NCBI RefSeq assembly: GCF_006345805.1
Contig: NC_042997.1
Coordinates: 37,014,001 to 37,078,000, forward strand
Length of the DNA stretch: 64,000 bases
Direction of reading: 5' to 3'
DNA from: Octopus sinensis
Lineage: Eukaryota
Shown piece after piece: positions 41,190 through 53,977 of the stretch. How positions within the stretch are numbered: position 1 is the first letter of the stretch; every line of letters starts with the position of its first letter. The notes beneath the pieces are model-generated. The model was given only the letters and a program-made list of their open reading frames with translations. It ran no database searches and was not told the origin of the DNA. The position numbers and the translations under genes are program-made.

Positions 41190-42391
41190 TCTCTTATTAT
41201 AAAAGGCAGATTTTATCTGCCTCCCTTTGACACTTATAGAAATCTACAATATAGGATTTCTTCAATTACAATTTACCTAGCATTTTAAAGAGTAGAATGC
41301 ATCGGATCATCCCAGGTCCAGTTTTTAAAATTTAAACTCCAATTAAGCAAAATTTACAAAAAACTCACATTCTGGTGTGTATGTCAAATGCTTTTCTTAG
41401 TCTGGTTTACAGCACACACAAACGCACACACACAGTGTGCAACGAATAAAGTGAAACTAGATGTAATATTTGTTTCTGTCTATCACGCTGATAGATAAAT
41501 GAGTAAAATGTATGGCAAGCTAAGAGATAAGAGTGAGTGAAAATGTTCTTGGAAGAGAGTAAATAGCGACAGAGTGATTTGAGGAAGACTAAACTGAAAG
41601 TATGAAACAGTGTTTATGTATAAACAGACGACACTTATATATAGTTATTAATAAATGTATGCATCCGTTTAACCCTTCGTTACCAAACCGCCCGAATTTA
41701 CCTATTCATATTTAAATGAGAATATCAGAGTAAATCTCTTTAGTACATTCGTGAAAACACGTATTATACTTCGTAAACACTTCAAATACAGTTTTGTTCA
41801 AAAATCGAAGTGTAATTTTAATTCCGTGAATTATGGGAGATTTTTTTCCGAAATTTGTTCCTATTGTGTTTTCAAAATTTGTAATTCTGACAAAAAATGG
41901 ATACGAATTTCATTATATCAAGCAGCGAGTCAGAATTCGAAGGATTTTCTACTGAAGACCTTCATAAATCTAACTCTATGACTGAAAAAAAAAAGCATCT
42001 TCATATAAGAGTGAAGTTGTGTGTCTGTCTCCTACGATTTAGATTCGTAACTACTCCCACATTTTGCGGTGCAGTTTAACCAAAAGCGGGTATCTTATAG
42101 TCGTGATTCATATCGAGCCCTTCTGGGTATTAGCGCGTGTCTACGATGAGTCTAAGATTTTAAAAAAATTTACCATCATATTTTTCCATTTTAATGCATT
42201 TTTTCGCTTTTATATAAGGGAAGTAACTCTCTAAAAATATCTACGATGTGTCAACGATTTAAAAAAAAAATTACCTTAATTTTTTTTCAATTTTTAATGC
42301 ATTTTTTGCTATTTTTTGGCTATAACTCTCTAAAAATGCTTATATAGTTATTTCCCTTACAAACCCGAGCAACGCCGGGCGATACTGCTAG
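41190..42391 (+). mobile_element. Non-autonomous Helitron (composite)
   Basis: 5' A|TCTCTTATTATAAAA. 3' GC-rich hairpin CCCG-AGCAACGC-CGGG (42364-42379) followed by CTAG|T. Second Helitron-like 5' end at 41998 and an internal tandem duplication of about 100 bp at 42140-42338. Confidence 0.75.
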
Positions 42392-42407
42392 TATATATAA
42401 TATATAT

Positions 42408-42456
<49 letters not shown>

Positions 42457-43717
42457 GCTTCAAGCGCTTGTTTCTTTTAGTTATATTTTATATTTTCTTT
42501 CTACATGTAGTTAGGATGTTATTTACTGCTCTAATGTTATTTAAGAGTCTTGTTTGTCAAAGCGCAAATTTTTAGTGGGTGGTTGAATAATTCATGAAGT
42601 ACAACATTAAAATGCATGCAATTCTCTATTACAATTTGTGAAGTTATGTGTTTCTTTAACTCACTTTAGACTCCTTTGAAATTATTTTTAACTGATCTAT
42701 AGAGTAGTATAGAATATATTTTAAGGGTAGATTTATTGAGTTATTTCTGAATGACAGTCTGTTTGCTAAAATTCTGTCGTTTTCCTTCATTTTCATGTTT
42801 TTTACAAATGGAATTACATATGGCCATGTCGGTTTTCCTTTACTTTCCAAAGAATTAAAATATGAAGAATCGAAAAAAGAATAACAGAAACTGATAAGTG
42901 ATACAATACATAGTAGTGTTTCAAAACTACCAACACAACCTTCACATTAACTATACCATAAGAAATGTAGATATTTTTATTGATGAGGTCTTAACTGGTA
43001 TTTTAGTATTAGTACTGTTAGCACAATGATGAATGCAGCCAAGTGACAGAACCCTTAGCACAGACGACAAGTGCATAGAGGTATATCCTTCGTCTCAAAG
43101 TTTTGAGGGCGACATTCCCTGTCATAATTTCGAGCTTCGATAAAATTAGTACTAGTCACATACTGGGGAGGAACTAATCGCAATTCCCCTCCTAACGAAA
43201 GCTATTTGCCTTCTTCCAAAATTTAAAATCCTTATTTGAATGATGGATACGCAGAAATATCGGACACCATATTTTCCGATTTCATCATAGAGCTCTTTAT
43301 GCCCGAGTTTCACATATCTGTGAGATCCACTTTACTTTCCTTCTTTTCGTACTCATTATAATGTATAACGTTCCAATATAAATCATGATTTATTTGCGAC
43401 CTGCTGCCTATGTTATTAATATTATTTTTACCTTCTAATTTATACACACGGAAACACCTGTTCGCGTATCGCATATTGCAGTTATTCCATTAATGTACAA
43501 CGATTTATTAAAAGAGAAGGATTAACAGAGACTTCTCAGTGTCGGAGACGTTTTGAGACATTTATCTACGTCCAATTATTTAACACGCTCAATCCAGATA
43601 TGACTCTCTCTTTTATATTATTGGGGTGAATACAATAAAAGGCTATCAAGTCATGAGGTTAATATATTCGAATGGCTCTATTTCTAAAGATATTTGACAT
43701 TATTTTTTATGCAGTCA

Positions 43718-43915
43718 TCTCGTTAGCATGCCAGGCAAAATGCACAGCAGCGTTTCCTCCGTCTTTTCCCTTCTGAGTTCAAATGCTGCCGAGGTCGACA
43801 TTGACTTTCATCCTTCTGGGGTCGAAAAACATGTCCCCACTTGAACACTGGGGTCGATTTAATCGACTGAGATCGTCACCCGAAATTTCTGGTCTCGTGA
43901 CAAAATCTGTCGTAA
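43718..43915 (+). mobile_element. SINE (28562 family); a more decayed copy lies at about 43020-43230
   Basis: TTCTGAGTTCAAATGCTGCCGAGGTCGACATTGACTTTCATCCTTCTGGGGTCGA. Confidence 0.8.
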
Positions 43916-45102
43916 TTATAATGTTCTGTATACACCTGGATTCCCAGTATATGTTTGAGTGTTTGGTCGCGCGGTGTTCGTATGCATGTATATGAGGATG
44001 TGCGTGTGAGCGCGCGTATGTGAGTGTACGGGATGGCATACGCGTTGATTTGAAAATTTGCTTATTTGGCATTAATTCAGGCAATTGTTCATATACCAAA
44101 TCAAGATATTTTATTTCACTATGTATGTGCTCTTCATGAAAAGAGCATTTTCTGTGCTTCAGTTTAGTTTCTCTATAAATAACAGGATTTCACTTATTTG
44201 TTTGTTTTTATTTCATTCGATAAGTTATCCTTTAGTTGCTGGGGATGATATATCAGTTGCATGACAGCTTATGTGACTATACTAAGAATAAAACAGGTGG
44301 GTAACTCAATAAATCTATATATATCTGTCAACACTTGTACTCAGCATCATCCTCGAACTTCTGTTATTTCTTGGCACCATTTCATAATACTTAAGAAATT
44401 GCAATTGCGATGTTCATTTCACAGCTTTTCCTGCACATGATCACTCTTGATTTTCGTTTTCTATTTAACTTTTCAATATTGTTGCTGTACCATTTATATG
44501 TTATAATAATCATTTGTGGGTTGCATCGTGTATAACACTGAATCCCATCTTCTAATACGCAATGTATCTGTACTTTATCTGGAATTGGATTGATTTTCGT
44601 TACCGCGCTTTCTGCTGTGTATCATGTTTTCTTAACATTGACTAGCATTGTCCCATGTCTCGGGACTAAAATTATGCAGATGAAAAATTTGGAAGCACAT
44701 AGCAGAATTACAAATGTTCTGTTTCTGTTTTGTAGCATGAGGCCTCGCTGATTTATCTTTTGAATCCTTTAACGTTTCTCGAAATAAATATATTCGTATT
44801 CGAAACAGACTGAGACCCCATCATCATCTACAAAAAAACATCATTTGACCACTCAAACAATAGTTGTGTCTGCTAGTTGCTGCTATGGACTCAAATATGC
44901 TTTAAAGCTACAATCTCCGAATGCTCACAATAAAATAAAGATGTTGGCGCTGTATTCATTAATGGCTGCATGTATTTTAAATCCCATCACAAACCAAAAT
45001 AGCTCGAATATTTCTGTTCTATATTTAAGAGATGAGGAGTTATGTAAATTATTTACATGATTTACATTTGACGGATATTTCTCACCATATTGTTTGTTGT
45101 TA

Positions 45103-45146
45103 ACACAACGTTTCGGTTGATACACCCTCCAACCTTCATCAGGTGT
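45103..45146 (-). ncRNA. Minimal hammerhead ribozyme (loopless palindromic stem III)
   Basis: Minus strand reads ACAC-CTGATGA-a-GGTTG..CAACC-GAAA-C-GTT-GTGT. Confidence 0.8.
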
Positions 45147-45249
45147 CTTGGGGAAATTTCGAATCTGGATTCTCATTCCAATGGGGTAGTGGTTAAGAGC
45201 GGGCTACTAAACCCCAAGTTTCTGATATCGATTCCAGACAGTGATCTGA

Positions 45250-45250
45250 A

Positions 45251-45320
<70 letters not shown>

Positions 45321-45357
45321 GCTATTATTACTAATAATAATAATAATAATAATAATG

Positions 45358-45420
<63 letters not shown>

Positions 45421-45430
45421 TTAATAATAG
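45250..45430. repeat. (ACT)n then (AAT)n microsatellite
   Basis: Direct inspection. Confidence 0.97.
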
Positions 45431-45486
45431 CAACAACATCGAAAAATACCTTAGGAATGAGAACGCAGGTTCGAGTTTTCCCTCAG

Positions 45487-45530
45487 ACACCTGATGAAAT
45501 CTGGAGGATATATCAGCCGAAACGTTGTGT
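45487..45530 (+). ncRNA. Minimal hammerhead ribozyme with weakened stem II
   Basis: ACAC-CTGATGA-a-ATCTG..CAGCC-GAAA-C-GTT-GTGT. Confidence 0.65.
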
Positions 45531-46569
45531 TAACAACAAAGAAGATGAAGACAAATATCCGTCAAATTTAAATAATGTCGAATCTTTCTGTACTAATTGT
45601 TAGTGTCCACAAATTGTCAAATATTTCAAAGGGGAAATGTGGCTGCAGCACAGAAAATTTTCTTTTTAATCAGAACATAGCGGGCAGTATTATTTGCAAA
45701 AAATATTTCCTCTGTAATAAAATATCTTTACTTTCTTTTATCCGTAATGTTCGTTATGCAGATAATTATGTTATTAGTTTTTATCAATCATTTGCTAACT
45801 AATCCAAACAGTATACGAAATTTTAAGACAGTAGTTTTTAATTTTTTTCTTTAATTTGAGCCATGTCGAAAAAAATACCAAATTTCTTGTTATAATTTAC
45901 GTGCGGAAGGAGAACATTGATAAATCTTTTCCATACCTCAGGCAGATCTTAAGATAAATAATACACCCAATCAAGACACCAGTCCTCAATACTTGTAGCA
46001 GAGCAGACAACGAGAAAGAGCTGCAATACCTGATTGATTTTGTTAAGTCAAACTACCGAAATTGCTTTACAGCTTTTCCATAACATTTTCTCGGTAATTA
46101 ACTATTGCTAATATTTCGGAATGCTGATTGCTAATTGAGACAAACATTTCCTTAAATGTTTCATAAAATATTTCAAGCTTTATTCATGTAAATATCAGTT
46201 TTTCCTTAGTACATATATATTGACTTGGAGCGAACTCAAAGTATAAAGTAAAGGCTGTTGTAAATATTTATTATAAATTATGAGTTCGCTAATCGGGACT
46301 TTATTTCTTCTGGTGATAACTCAAGGAGTAGGTTATCTAATAAGTTGATGCAATGTTACTATGGTTACTATAATGAAAATGAACGCTAGTGGTGCTGATG
46401 ATAAAAATGATGGTGGGAACGTTGGACACTTGCGGATTGTGATCAACTGGTCACTGTGTAAATATTGGGCAAGGAAGGTGTAAGCTGATGTGGTTCCGAT
46501 GTTAATAACTATAAAGCTGATGATGATGAATATGATAACGAAGGGGATGAGACAGGGGAGTATTTTGAG

Positions 46570-46571
46570 CA

Positions 46572-46606
<35 letters not shown>

Positions 46607-46700
46607 AATGGTGGTGGTGGTGGTGGTGGTGGTGTCGATCATGATGATGATGATGATATCGATGACGATGATGGCGACGGTGATGAATATGATGAGGGAT
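46570..46700. repeat. (GAT)n/(GGT)n microsatellite within a decayed triplet-repeat tract (about 46330-47340)
   Basis: Direct inspection. Confidence 0.9.
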
Positions 46701-49700
46701 AAATAAATGGAAATATCAGTAATTATATGAAGCAGTTGTTTGGAAAGGTAGGTAAGATTGTAGCTCCAGTGGCGTAGGGGATAATAGTGAAGGCAATTAT
46801 AATCATCATCTTCGTCGTTATTGTCATCGTCATCTTCAGAATCGCGTTCACCACTGGCTTCTTAATATTAACAGCATCAATGTTTTTTAGCATTATTATA
46901 ATTACCACTTTCTCATTAACACCTGCAAGATATTGAGCGCCATAATAGTTGATCAGTTTTTACCTCCCTCTCTAATGTAAAACCCCGTGTCACAAACTTT
47001 GTACAATCATCATCGCTCGCTATCATCAGCACAATTTCAGTTAGTTATGTTATCATTATAAACCTCCTGCTATCAAGTAGCATGGCAGCCACATTGATTT
47101 CTACCCTCTTCATGGTTTACTACCGCTGCTACCTCCACAGCTTCATTCCTATTGTAATAAACAACATCATCTACATCATCATCAAATTACTCACCACACT
47201 TAAACAACCCAAATTCTCCTTTTTGTTATTCAGCTTCTATTCTATTGCCACCCATTTATCATTACAGTTGGCGGAACTAACTTCATATTCAGCATCATGA
47301 ACAACCTCATCCACTTCCAGTAACATCAGAATCCTTCCATTGTAGTTAGTTTTCTGCCCTTCTATACAATTATCTTTCTATCTAGGCTTTTCTTTGACGA
47401 AACACAAAGTGTTTGGCAACATTTACATTTTTTGATAAAACATGCAAACTCACTTGTATGTAATTGTTGTACTAGTTTCTTATCATTATTCATTTCTCCA
47501 CTTTTTTGTTCGGGGGAATATCTTTATTGCAACAGTCTTGATTCCGAAATATTTCACAATATTCCGTCTGCAGTTTGTAATGGCAATTATTTCTAGCAGT
47601 GGATTTGAAAAATGAATGTACTAGTTGTCCAATACTTTCTGTCAATTATAATCAAATTACAATTTAATTTAAAATTAAGCTGAATATTCTAATGACTTGT
47701 ATAGAATGTTTGAATTTTAGAGTCAAACTTCCTTCTATAGGCTTTCTCAATCTGATGGATTTCAACTTAATTCCGAGCTAGCTATTATTCTGAATGTTGT
47801 AATAGAGGTAGGCAACATATTCAGAGAATTGCCGATCATCTTCGTTATGCAGAGGCTGCAGAAAACGATTCATAAACTTCCTCCTTGAGAAGGTAAGATA
47901 TATTCACCATAATGTATCAAATAATAGTTAAAGAGATTTCGAAAAGCATATTAATAATGATCGTTCTTTCCCTCCAGCGAAAAACTAATATTTCCTTTAT
48001 AAACAATCATAAAGAATTGCATGCAATGTAAACGTTATTTATATTTCATAGATATAAACGAAGAATACCCGATCTGCAAGTAAATAAATAGGATCTTTAT
48101 TTTTATATAGTGGTTGATCTTCCCTTGGGGAAGAGTAATTTAGATTCTTCATACTTTTTATATTATACAAACATAGTGGGAGATGATATCCCTCGTACAC
48201 GATTTATATATATTCATGCACACTAAATGATGGGTATCAATAGGATTCCAGCTTTAGAACATAAAAGACGAGTTTAGTTTGCTGCCTGATCGAGGTTTGC
48301 CAGTTACCATACAAAGTTAATAAACACGATATTACTCTCCTTCATATAAGAACACGTAAGTCTAGATGTTCTTTCTAGTACTGCAGATGTGTGTTACTAA
48401 ATGAATATTATCAACAAATGTCGATAATATTTATTAAATTGGAACTGAGTATTAAGTATTATTACCGTGTATTATTATCTTTAAACTGCAAGTGAAAGTG
48501 GCAGTGGAGGGATATGACAGAAACAACTCTAATTTCTAAAGCAAGCAGAGTTATATAAAATTTCATCGTTTTCACACAAAACACAAATTCAAATCCCTCA
48601 AAACAACCTCTAGAAACAGTACCCTAGATACTATCGACTCATTATTAACATCATAAAACACATCCAAAGTTTGAAATCTAATGACACTGTTGAGCTTTAT
48701 CTAAAGATAAAATTCCTCTCATGAATACCTGCTGGTTCCTTACAACTTATAATAAAGATCAATGTTGCAGAGGATATCACATCTTGGGCTTTCACCTCGA
48801 TACATTCACAAGTATAAGCGGTAGACTCAATATCACCATCACAAACATTTCTAAACGGATACTGGGAAAAACTGGCTATCGCACAATAATAATCTCTTCC
48901 ATTAAAGTTAACATTCTGCCTGCTCACTGAAATTTTATATTGCATATTTTATACTGCACATTTCATTTTGTGACGCAACATAGAGTCAAGTATGTTTTTA
49001 ATGACATAGTAAAGAACATGCTTGCATTAGAGTGAATAGGATTAAAGACCGTTATTGGTGAATTAATGAGTATCAAGCAACCCGGAATAGAGTCAAAGTC
49101 TATTAACCAAGAACACGAAATTTCTCCAGTCAATATCTTCCTTAAACGGCCATCAACGACGTATGAAACATACGTGTTAGTCTGAACTATGCCGTGATAG
49201 ATAAGCATCTACTGAATGTAGTAAGACGTTGTGTGAGACGGACACAATAAATATCAAGTTACCAATTGAACTACAATGACACACCAAATATACGAATATT
49301 AAATGCATAGCTTGACCAGTTACTGACATAAATATTAATTCCATTTCTCTTTTTTCTGAATGACACAGAACTCATCTCAATTTACATACGTGTCAAACAA
49401 CCGCGTACTCTTAATAACTTAAACATGTCTTGAAATAACAATTTGCATATAGCAGGAAATGCGAGTTGTTCATTTCCCACTACAAAAGCGATGGAGCGTT
49501 GGCAGGAAAAATTTACCATACTCTGATACTATTGCACCACCAGCAGCATCGGGGAGAATCCATCTGAAGAGAGAGAGTTATGTGTACAGACATGGGTGTA
49601 ACATCGACTAACCATTGTCAAAATAAGCAAGAGCAAGGTAAAAGAGCTTTTAGGTGGTAAGCAACGTCTAGGGTTAATTTAATTAAAGTTTGGCTTTTGT

Positions 49701-50365
49701 TGTAGTCTCTTGAGCTAACTGTGACATCTATTCAGCAATAATATTTCTAATATTTACATATACAAGGTTCATATATGTCCAGTGAATGTTCATACGACAT
49801 AGGTATACAGCCGCCGCACACAGACACATGTACAAACACACATACATAAATTTGCATGAGTATATATCTATATATTTATGTTATATATATATACATATAT
49901 ATTCATGTATACATATATATATATATACATATATACGTATAATATATGTATATATATATATATATATATGCATAGGGCGGGAGAGAGATAGGAAAGGGAG
50001 AGTTATATATTAGTATGTTAGTGTGTGTGTGTGTGTGTGTGACTGTCTACACCTACGTGACTGCCTTTTGGAGAATAAATTTCGATTCTGAAGTTTGCTA
50101 ATATCTAATTTGCAAAGTAGATTCTTGGACACATGATAATTTTGATAATAATATTCTAGGGGAAAAAATACACAAACAACACATACACCTGAGGTCATAT
50201 ATCTATATCCATGCAACACATATAGACATGCATACACATATATATATATATACAAACACACATACATGCGGGCATATATACAAACATACATACATATATA
50301 GTTATACGCACGCATACACACACTTACGCACTCCCCCCCACACACACACGCACACACACACACAT

Positions 50366-50405
<40 letters not shown>

Positions 50406-50462
50406 CATTATTGGTGAATTGAAGAAATGGAGCTGAACGCAGATTGAACAGAAATCGTTTTA

Positions 50463-50552
50463 TTTCATTCTACACGTGTTTCGAAAGGCACAAATTACCA
50501 AAATCCGATTGAATAATGGGACCATATTGTGTCTTTCTCTTCAGGAAGAAAA
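50463..50552 (-). ncRNA. Type I hammerhead ribozyme of PLE copy A
   Basis: Reverse complement of 57097-57186. Confidence 0.82.
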
Positions 50553-51160
50553 AAGGAAATCCGTTGGAAAAACAAAAACAGAACAGAGGCAGAGCAAAAA
50601 ACAAATCGAACTGTGCTCCTAAGAGCCCATGGCGAAACTGTTTATCAGTGTATGTTGAGAACCGGTGGCTGAAGAATTCAACAGGTCAGGCATCGGTCAA
50701 ACATGTGGGTGGGGGTGTATAGATGTTCTTTGTGACCGAGAATAAAGTTCTGACTATTTAAAGAATATTGGATGTTTTATAAGGGGCGAGAAAAAATCTA
50801 CTTAGAGACGTGTGTGTGTGTATACTGTTCTATATATGTGTGTGTTGGCGTAGGGGTAGAAAACATTTTTTGTGTACGTGTGTGCGTTTGATCGTTCGGC
50901 TGTCAGTGGCTACTGCCGTGATAACCGTTGGGTGGCAGAAAGAAAAAAAATAAAGAAATTATATATATATTTTATGTTTTATGTGTGTGTGTGTGTGTTC
51001 ATCTAAGCCTACCTTGACAAGGAAACCCCCCGCTGTGAAAAAACAAGCCCCGTTTGTCTTACAGGAGTAATTTCCCTTGCAGTGGTTAATTGTAGATATC
51101 TTAAAATCTATTTCAGAATTTGTTACCAAGGGCTATGGGTGCCGGTCTTATTTATGAACG

Positions 51161-53843
51161 CTATTTAAAGGCCAGATAAGTGTAACGCCGCCAATGGGGG
51201 CATCGAAAAGCCGACTGTAAGAGCCCGTTTACCATCCGGCCTCTGGCAAACAAAATATGGAAGAGTTCGGAGACACAAAGGTTGCACTGTCTTCTGCCCC
51301 TATCAAATGGGAGGGCCACCGACAAAATTGACCATTCCAGCCTATAGCTTAAGTTCGCATCCTTCAGTCGCCATATTAGCTTACTGAGTCCCGTGGTCTG
51401 GCGCTTGTTCACGTCCCGAAAAGTTGCGTAATGGTTGGAGACACGCAAAGACAATCTTGAGGACGATGCCCCTATATAAGTGAAGGCATCTGAGTCCGTG
51501 TAAACCTTGCATTGGTAGACGGCGTTTTTGATCTTGGAGTTCGCCGACGTGAATCTTACTCTGCTAGGATTGGTTTCTGAAATTAGAACTGCGTTCCTGT
51601 CACTATATTCGTTCCGAGACCAGCAGCCGCTTACTACTCCATTTTCCACTACGTCACTATTAACTATAGGAATAACCCCTGATTCTCCACTATCTATCAG
51701 AGTGCTGTCATTGCTACTGCCCGTGGTACTGCTATTGCGGGAAATGATGCTGGGGATGCTAAAGGGGCTCTCTACCCTACTCCCATTGTTACCATCAACC
51801 ACAACACCCCTATTTATAACTATACCCCTAGTGGGTACTCCCTGGCTGGAGCTGAGATTATGTGTCACTGTACTGGCTCTCATATCATTATTACTACTAT
51901 AATTATTCCTACTGAGCATTAAGCCGGGAGCGGAAGAGGCTGTGCCTCCGGAAAAAGGTGATAGGGTCTTAGTAAGTAGCCTATTATTATGGGAGGCGAT
52001 TATCTGGGCGAGGTTTTTAGTGTTGGAGAAAGCTATCCTAACTTTATGTGAGTTAACCGTGGAGTAATATTTGGAATTTCTGGGGAAGTTATTGGCGATG
52101 GCTTGTCTAAACATGAGGGGGAGGTTAGTTCTAATCTGCTTACCAAAGGGGATTACAAACCATATATGCTTATTCCTATCAGTGTGATGGGTCGGGACGC
52201 CAGCTCTCGCATTTGGGGGTGATTCTCGGATGAATAACGGGTCTTGGGTTAGTGTAAGACCTCCCGGACCGATAATTATCCTTGTTCGCTAAATTAAATG
52301 CTGGGGCGACTACCCCGGTATCCGCCGCGCTCCCGTCCTTACTTAAAATGTTAATGTTATTATATACGGCCCTATCCTGATGACCGAATGATGGCATCGG
52401 AAGGGCCGGATCAATATAAATTACCTTCTGCCTATAACCGGCCTTGGATAGTGCGGCGTTATAAAAATCCGCTTTCTGCATAAAAATATCGGCACTGGCG
52501 GACAGGCCAGACAATCTTAGAGAGATGTTTTTAACCAAATTGTCTGTTACGGTTTTGGCATGATTTTTGAGAAGACACTGACATACTTCAAATTAGTGGA
52601 AGGCTTATGGTAAGGGCAGTATGAGTCGCTATTAAGGTTAAGTGTAACGTCTAGGAAATTAGCCTTGGTGAGTTCGTTATCAAAAACTATACTCATGCCC
52701 ATTCTATTAAAAAACCTAGCTAACCTGCTCTTAGTTTTCTGCACTATTCTGTTCGTGGTGTTTGCAGGGTAAAACAGACAATCGTCACGATACAGGCCGC
52801 CCGCGATTTCCGGGAATTGATCGGACAATTCGTAGAGAATATATATTCCGACCAAATCGGCTATCTGCGCACTATCCGAACTACCCATAGGCACATCAAA
52901 TTCATTGGGAGTATCCTTACGGATCCACAGCTTATTATCAAACTTAATAAACGATTTCCTGGCAACTAAAATGATATCTATCTCTTCTCTGGTGAGGCCT
53001 GCCTTGTTGTGAGCATGCCAGAGGGCCTTATTTAGCACACTAGGGTTAATCGAGGGGTAGAAGCTGGCGATATCAAATGAATGAACCTAGTACGGTTCTT
53101 ATTGGGGATGGAAGAGAACCACTTCACTACCTGCGAGGAGTTGGCCCAGAGGCTGAGCTTCAGCTTGTTTACTAAACTAGGGATATATTTATCTAAAATG
53201 TACTTACTGATTATCCCGATATCAGATCTAGCAGGGCATATGAGTCTTAGCGCTGGGTTGGTGTGGAAGTTAGGTTTATGGTCCTTCACTATAAATCTGG
53301 GTTGCTTGGGGCTAAGCGGCTGAGTTCTCATTTGAATTCGGTGTTTAAATATTATATCCTTAATTTCCAAGTTTACTTCCTCAGGGTACTCCAATTGTTT
53401 TCTTATAATTTTTCTTGATCTTTACCGAGTAAATCTAGGTACTGCTTAATGGGCATCTTGTATGTGTTCCTGGTCTTGTCGGACTGGACCAGGACTCCGT
53501 CCGTTCTATTAATGTCCTTGGTAATTTTATCTAGGTATCTGAGGTGGGCATTTCTCCTGGGTGACTTCCTGAACTTAATCTTTCTGACTATGTCCCACAA
53601 GTCGTCCTCAAACTTCTTCAGTCTTGGGTTCGGTGGCGGCGTATCCAATGTTTTAAAAAGCCGGCCGTATTCGGACGATGCAGTTGTCCGGTTCGATTTT
53701 AGATCTTCGTTCTCGTGGAAGAAAATGAGCCATCTTATTCGGTTTATGAATGCGTTGGTTTTACAAACCAACTCCTTAAGGAAGGCATCCTTTGGTGGTA
53801 TAGGAATATCCTTAAGGGACGCATCAATCTCGAACAACTCCAT
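51161..53843 (-). CDS. PLE polyprotein (RT plus C-terminal GIY-YIG endonuclease), about 895 aa, frameshifted in this sequence; probably Hydra clade
   Basis: SLKDIPIP..RIRW, SDKTRN, KDHK..LRLI, FDIASFYPSI, PMGS..IADLVG, GLYRDD, NFLDVTL, IWF..F, AVY..YIG, RVSNH, CNLCVSE, CPH. Confidence 0.9.
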
Positions 53844-53977
53844 TATTGGCGTCGGTTAAAGTAGCAGTTTCTTGACGAAGCGGTATGTATTATGTGAAAT
53901 AGAAAGATGAATAATCTTGTAGTGGATTAATCAAAAGTTTAACCGATACCTTAGTAGCAAAAATCACAGCAGAAAAC

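Larger units (their letters stand above)
45014..45578. mobile_element. Inverted HHR arm + tRNA-like head + (ACT)n(AAT)n + forward HHR arm
   Basis: 45014-45180 (minus) and 45434-45578 (plus) are copies of the same repeat. 45186-45250 reads GTAGTGGTTAAGAGC-GGGCTACTAAACCCC..ATATCGATTCC, resembling tRNA A/B boxes. Confidence 0.85.
50404..53972 (-). mobile_element. Penelope-like retroelement, copy A (complete ORF start; 3' end in (TA)n)
   Basis: RT plus GIY-YIG ORF, 3' UTR with HHR, and a 5' leader (53892-53972) repeating the 3' tail of copy B (57316-57394), i.e. a pseudo-LTR. Confidence 0.95.

Noticed and set aside
45186-45250. tRNA genes here and at 26380-26468 and 63230-63305
   Set aside because: No complete cloverleaf; these are SINE heads.
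52179-52181. In-frame TGA as possible selenocysteine or readthrough (known in Naiad PLEs)
   Set aside because: It is followed by TAG and TAA and explained by a 2-nt indel; copy B supplies the frame into DRNKHIWF.
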